Below, piece after piece: positions 61,507 to 64,000 of a DNA stretch of 64,000 nt (the first letter of the stretch is position 1; the number at the start of each line of letters is the position of its first letter). The notes beneath the pieces were generated by a model. The model did no database searches and had not been told where the DNA came from. It saw only the letters and a program-made list of their open reading frames with translations. A program made the translations under genes and the position numbers. Source of the DNA: an uncultured Chloroflexia bacterium (GTDB lineage: Bacteria > Chloroflexota > Limnocylindria > Limnocylindrales > CSP1-4); contig CAVORC010000012.1 in the NCBI GenBank assembly GCA_963698505.1, positions 4,590-68,589 of the forward strand. The letters run 5' to 3'.

Positions 61507-61688
61507 GTGGCCAGCATGCCCCACGCGCGCGAAGCCTGCCGCTGCCGAGCGGCCCGCGGCCGGCGGGACATGCGGCCCCTGCGGACCCGATACACGAGTG
61601 TCGCCGTCCTCAGCACCTCCGAACGGCCCATGCCGGCCGGGCCCATCGGCCCTGTGGGCGCCAACCGTGCGAGGTGCACCGTGGTCGG

Positions 61689-62171
61689 ATGACCGATACC
61701 GCTGCGTTGGTCTCCCGGATCGAAGCCACGTGGTTCGGCTCCGGCCTGTCAGAGGGCTCGGTGGAGCGCCTCGCCGGCATGGCCCGCGAGTACGAATCTC
61801 CGGCCCGTGCGCGACTGCTGCGGGAGGGCGACGAGACCAAGGAGCTCAGTGTCCTCGTGGATGGGCGAGTAGCCCTCACCGAGCACGTGGCCGGACGTGG
61901 GTCGGTGACACTCATGACCGTCGAGCCAGGCGACATCTTCGGCTGGTCGGCGCTCATCAACCCCTACCGGGCGACCTCCACCGTGGTCAGCCTGGAACCA
62001 GTGAAGGTCATCGCCTTCGACGCCGCGACCCTCCGCGACGAGGTCCGCTCCAACTGCGTGCTGGCAGCGGGCGTCTATCCCCGGCTCCTCGAGGCACTGG
62101 CGCGACGACTCGGCGCCACGCGTCATCAGCTGCTGGACCTCTACGGCTCCGAGCAACGGGAGCCCTGGTAG
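61689..62171 (+). CDS. Cyclic nucleotide-binding (cNMP/Crp-like) domain protein
   Basis: About 160 aa with a beta-roll cNMP-binding signature (LREGDETKELSVLVDGRVAL...PGDIFGWSALI...A.T.VVSLEPVKVIAFD). No DNA-binding HTH follows. Confidence 0.65.
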   Translation: MTDTAALVSRIEATWFGSGLSEGSVERLAGMAREYESPARARLLREGDETKELSVLVDGRVALTEHVAGRGSVTLMTVEPGDIFGWSALINPYRATSTVVSLEPVKVIAFDAATLRDEVRSNCVLAAGVYPRLLEALARRLGATRHQLLDLYGSEQREPW

Positions 62172-62233
62172 CCCAGAAGCCGAGCGGACGAGCCACACCG
62201 ACGAGCAAGCAGCAGCACGGAGGGAGCCTCGCT

Positions 62234-64000
62234 GTGATCGATCTGACAACCAGGGCATGGCTGCCGCGCGAGGAGCTCGATCGCCTCATCGCGCTGCTGC
62301 GCGAGGACGGTCGTCGAGTGGTCGGCCCCACCGTCGCCGACTCGGCCATCGTCTACGACGAGATCGGCTCCATCGCCGATCTGCCCACCGGCGTGGTCGA
62401 CGAGCAGGCGCCCGGTCACTACCGCATCAGCCGCGACAGCAACGGCAGCGCGCACAAGTCGTTCGACTACGCGTCCTCGCCGATGTCGTGGAAGACCTTC
62501 ACCTACCCCAGCTCGGTGCCCATCGCGCGGGCGCGCCGCTCCGGCGGCGAGCTCTCCTACGACGACATCGAGCACGACGCGCCGCGCATGGCCTATCTCG
62601 GCGTGCGTGCCTGCGACCTGGCCGCGCTGGCCATCCACGATGACGTCCTGACCGGCGGTCCCTACATCGACGAGGACTACGCCGACCGGCGTGGCAAGGC
62701 CTTCATCGTGGCGGTCGACTGCGCCAAGCCCTCGGGCACCTGCTTCTGTGCCTCGATGGGCACTGGGCCGGAGGTCAGCTCGGGCTTCGATATCGCCCTC
62801 ATCGAGCTTGACGACGGGTATGTCGCACGTGCCGGCAGCGAGGCCGGCCAGAAGCTGCTCGACCGCCTGGAGCTGGGCTCCGCGACGTCGATCCAGATGC
62901 ACGCGGCCGCCGGCGTCGGCGTGGAGGCGCGGGCCAGCATGTCCGAGCAGCCGGGCGTCATCCGCGACGGCCTGCACGAGCGCCTCATGGCGCAGCTCGA
63001 GAGCAGCGGCTGGGACGAGATCGCCGAGCGCTGCCTGGCTTGCACCAACTGCACCATGGCCTGCCCCACCTGCTTCTGCACCGACGTCTCCCAGACCTCC
63101 GACCTGCTGGGCACCGAGAGCGTGTCCGAGCGCCAGTGGGCCTCCTGCTTCACGCTCGACTTCGCCCGCGTGGCGCACGGCAACTTCCGACCCCAGGTCA
63201 AGGACCGCTACCGCCAGTGGCTGACCCACAAGTTCGCCACCTGGGTCGACCAGTTCGGCAGCTATGGCTGTGTCGGCTGCGGACGCTGCATCACCTGGTG
63301 CCCGGTGGGCATCGACGTGCGCCAGGCGCTGTCGCGCATCGCGCCCGTGAAGCCGCCGCTGCAGGGCACACAGAGGCCGGTGCCGGTGTCGGCCAACCCG
63401 GGGCGCTACTCCATCGGCACCATCGGCGACATCTGGGCCGAGACCAAGAACGTCTACACGCTCGTGCTCAAGGACCTGCCCGACGCCGTCTGCTGCGGCA
63501 CGCCCGGCCAGTTCCTGATGCTCGACCTCCCCGGCTACAGCGCGGTGCCGATCTCCGTGTCGCGCTACCGCGATGGCGAGATCTTCCTGACCGTGCGCAC
63601 GGAGGGTGCCACCACGCGCGCCATCACCTCGCTGCGGCCCGGCTCACAGCTGGGCCTGCGCGGCCCAGTGGGGCAGGGCTGGCCCATCGAGGCTGCCTAC
63701 GGCCGCGACGTCGTCATCGTCGCCGGCGGCATCGGCCTGCCGCCGCTTCGACCCCTCATCGACAACATCTTCAAGAACCGCGGACACTTCGGCCGGGTGC
63801 GGCTGTTCTACGGGGCGCGCACGCCGAACGACCTGCTCTTCACCGAGGAGCTCAAGGCCTGGGCGGCGCGCGACGACATCACCGTCGGCGTGACGGTCGA
63901 TCGGGCGCAGGTCGGCACCTGGAGCGGCGCGGTCGGAGTCGTCACCCACCTGTTCGATCGCGAGCCCATCGACGGCAGCCACACGACGGCCTACATCTGC
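62234..64000 (+). CDS. Fused Fe-S/flavin oxidoreductase resembling sulfhydrogenase/NAD(P)-coupled [NiFe]-hydrogenase beta (HydB/AsrA-like) plus gamma (HydG/AsrB-like FNR fold) subunits; 3' end beyond the window
   Basis: GTG start with a GGAGGGAG RBS. The frame stays open to the window end (589 codons). Two 4Fe-4S motifs (CLACTNCTMACPTCFC; CVGCGRCITWCPVGI), then a ferredoxin-NADP-reductase-like FAD/NAD module (RYSIGTIG...VVIVAGGIGLPPLRPLI). It was not listed in the ORF track because no stop occurs. The minus-strand ORF 62141..63229 is antisense to it. Confidence 0.7.
   Translation, partial: MIDLTTRAWLPREELDRLIALLREDGRRVVGPTVADSAIVYDEIGSIADLPTGVVDEQAPGHYRISRDSNGSAHKSFDYASSPMSWKTFTYPSSVPIARARRSGGELSYDDIEHDAPRMAYLGVRACDLAALAIHDDVLTGGPYIDEDYADRRGKAFIVAVDCAKPSGTCFCASMGTGPEVSSGFDIALIELDDGYVARAGSEAGQKLLDRLELGSATSIQMHAAAGVGVEARASMSEQPGVIRDGLHERLMAQLESSGWDEIAERCLACTNCTMACPTCFCTDVSQTSDLLGTESVSERQWASCFTLDFARVAHGNFRPQVKDRYRQWLTHKFATWVDQFGSYGCVGCGRCITWCPVGIDVRQALSRIAPVKPPLQGTQRPVPVSANPGRYSIGTIGDIWAETKNVYTLVLKDLPDAVCCGTPGQFLMLDLPGYSAVPISVSRYRDGEIFLTVRTEGATTRAITSLRPGSQLGLRGPVGQGWPIEAAYGRDVVIVAGGIGLPPLRPLIDNIFKNRGHFGRVRLFYGARTPNDLLFTEELKAWAARDDITVGVTVDRAQVGTWSGAVGVVTHLFDREPIDGSHTTAYIC

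Noticed and set aside
62141-63229. 362-aa minus-strand ORF
   Set aside because: Antisense to the Fe-S/flavin hydrogenase-subunit-like gene, whose frame carries two perfect 4Fe-4S motifs. The minus-strand frame has no motifs.

Overview
This is a high-GC (about 70%) window from a bacterial chromosome that looks actinobacterial. It is almost entirely coding and holds about 65 genes.

Left to right it contains:
- The 3' end of a pyruvate:ferredoxin/flavodoxin oxidoreductase gene followed by a dihydroorotate-dehydrogenase-like gene.
- A divergent Lrp/AsnC regulator and LysE exporter pair, then pdxH, a GNAT acetyltransferase and an ATP-dependent DNA ligase.
- A tRNA gene with a TAT (Ile) anticodon.
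- A minus-strand sugar ABC transporter operon (binding protein, permease, double ATPase, DUF2291-like protein, internal SorC regulator) preceded by a heavily frameshifted split transketolase pair, which I call pseudogenes.
- glpK-like kinase, aroE, bactofilin and an M20 amidohydrolase.
- An orphan DPPY-motif DNA methyltransferase whose start overlaps, divergently, a 1097-aa LuxR-family large ATP-binding (LAL) regulator.
- A three-domain azurin-like cupredoxin lipoprotein carrying a recent 426-bp internal tandem duplication, translationally coupled to that regulator.
- A xanthine-dehydrogenase-family Mo/2Fe-2S/FAD operon with mocA, an amidohydrolase (guanine-deaminase-like) and a xylulokinase.
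- An ECF sigma and anti-sigma pair.
- An accessory patch at roughly 44.7-49.6 kb with two toxin-antitoxin modules, an ERCC4-type nuclease and a MerB-like protein.
- A lower-GC, horizontally acquired DUF2075 nuclease-ATPase gene next to a 1185-aa RecB-like nuclease/SF1 helicase.
- Two MFS transporters and a META-domain lipoprotein.
- At the right end, hydrogenase maturation genes hypA and hypC and a partial fused HydB/HydG-like Fe-S/flavin subunit.

Other notable points:
- About a dozen single-base frameshifts break otherwise well-conserved genes. This suggests indel errors in the assembly, except in the transketolase pair, where roughly 10 shifts fall in 1.9 kb.
- There are three short tandem duplications sitting exactly on gene 3' ends.
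- A dispersed palindromic repeat family is present.
- No CRISPR array, rRNA gene or integrase was found.
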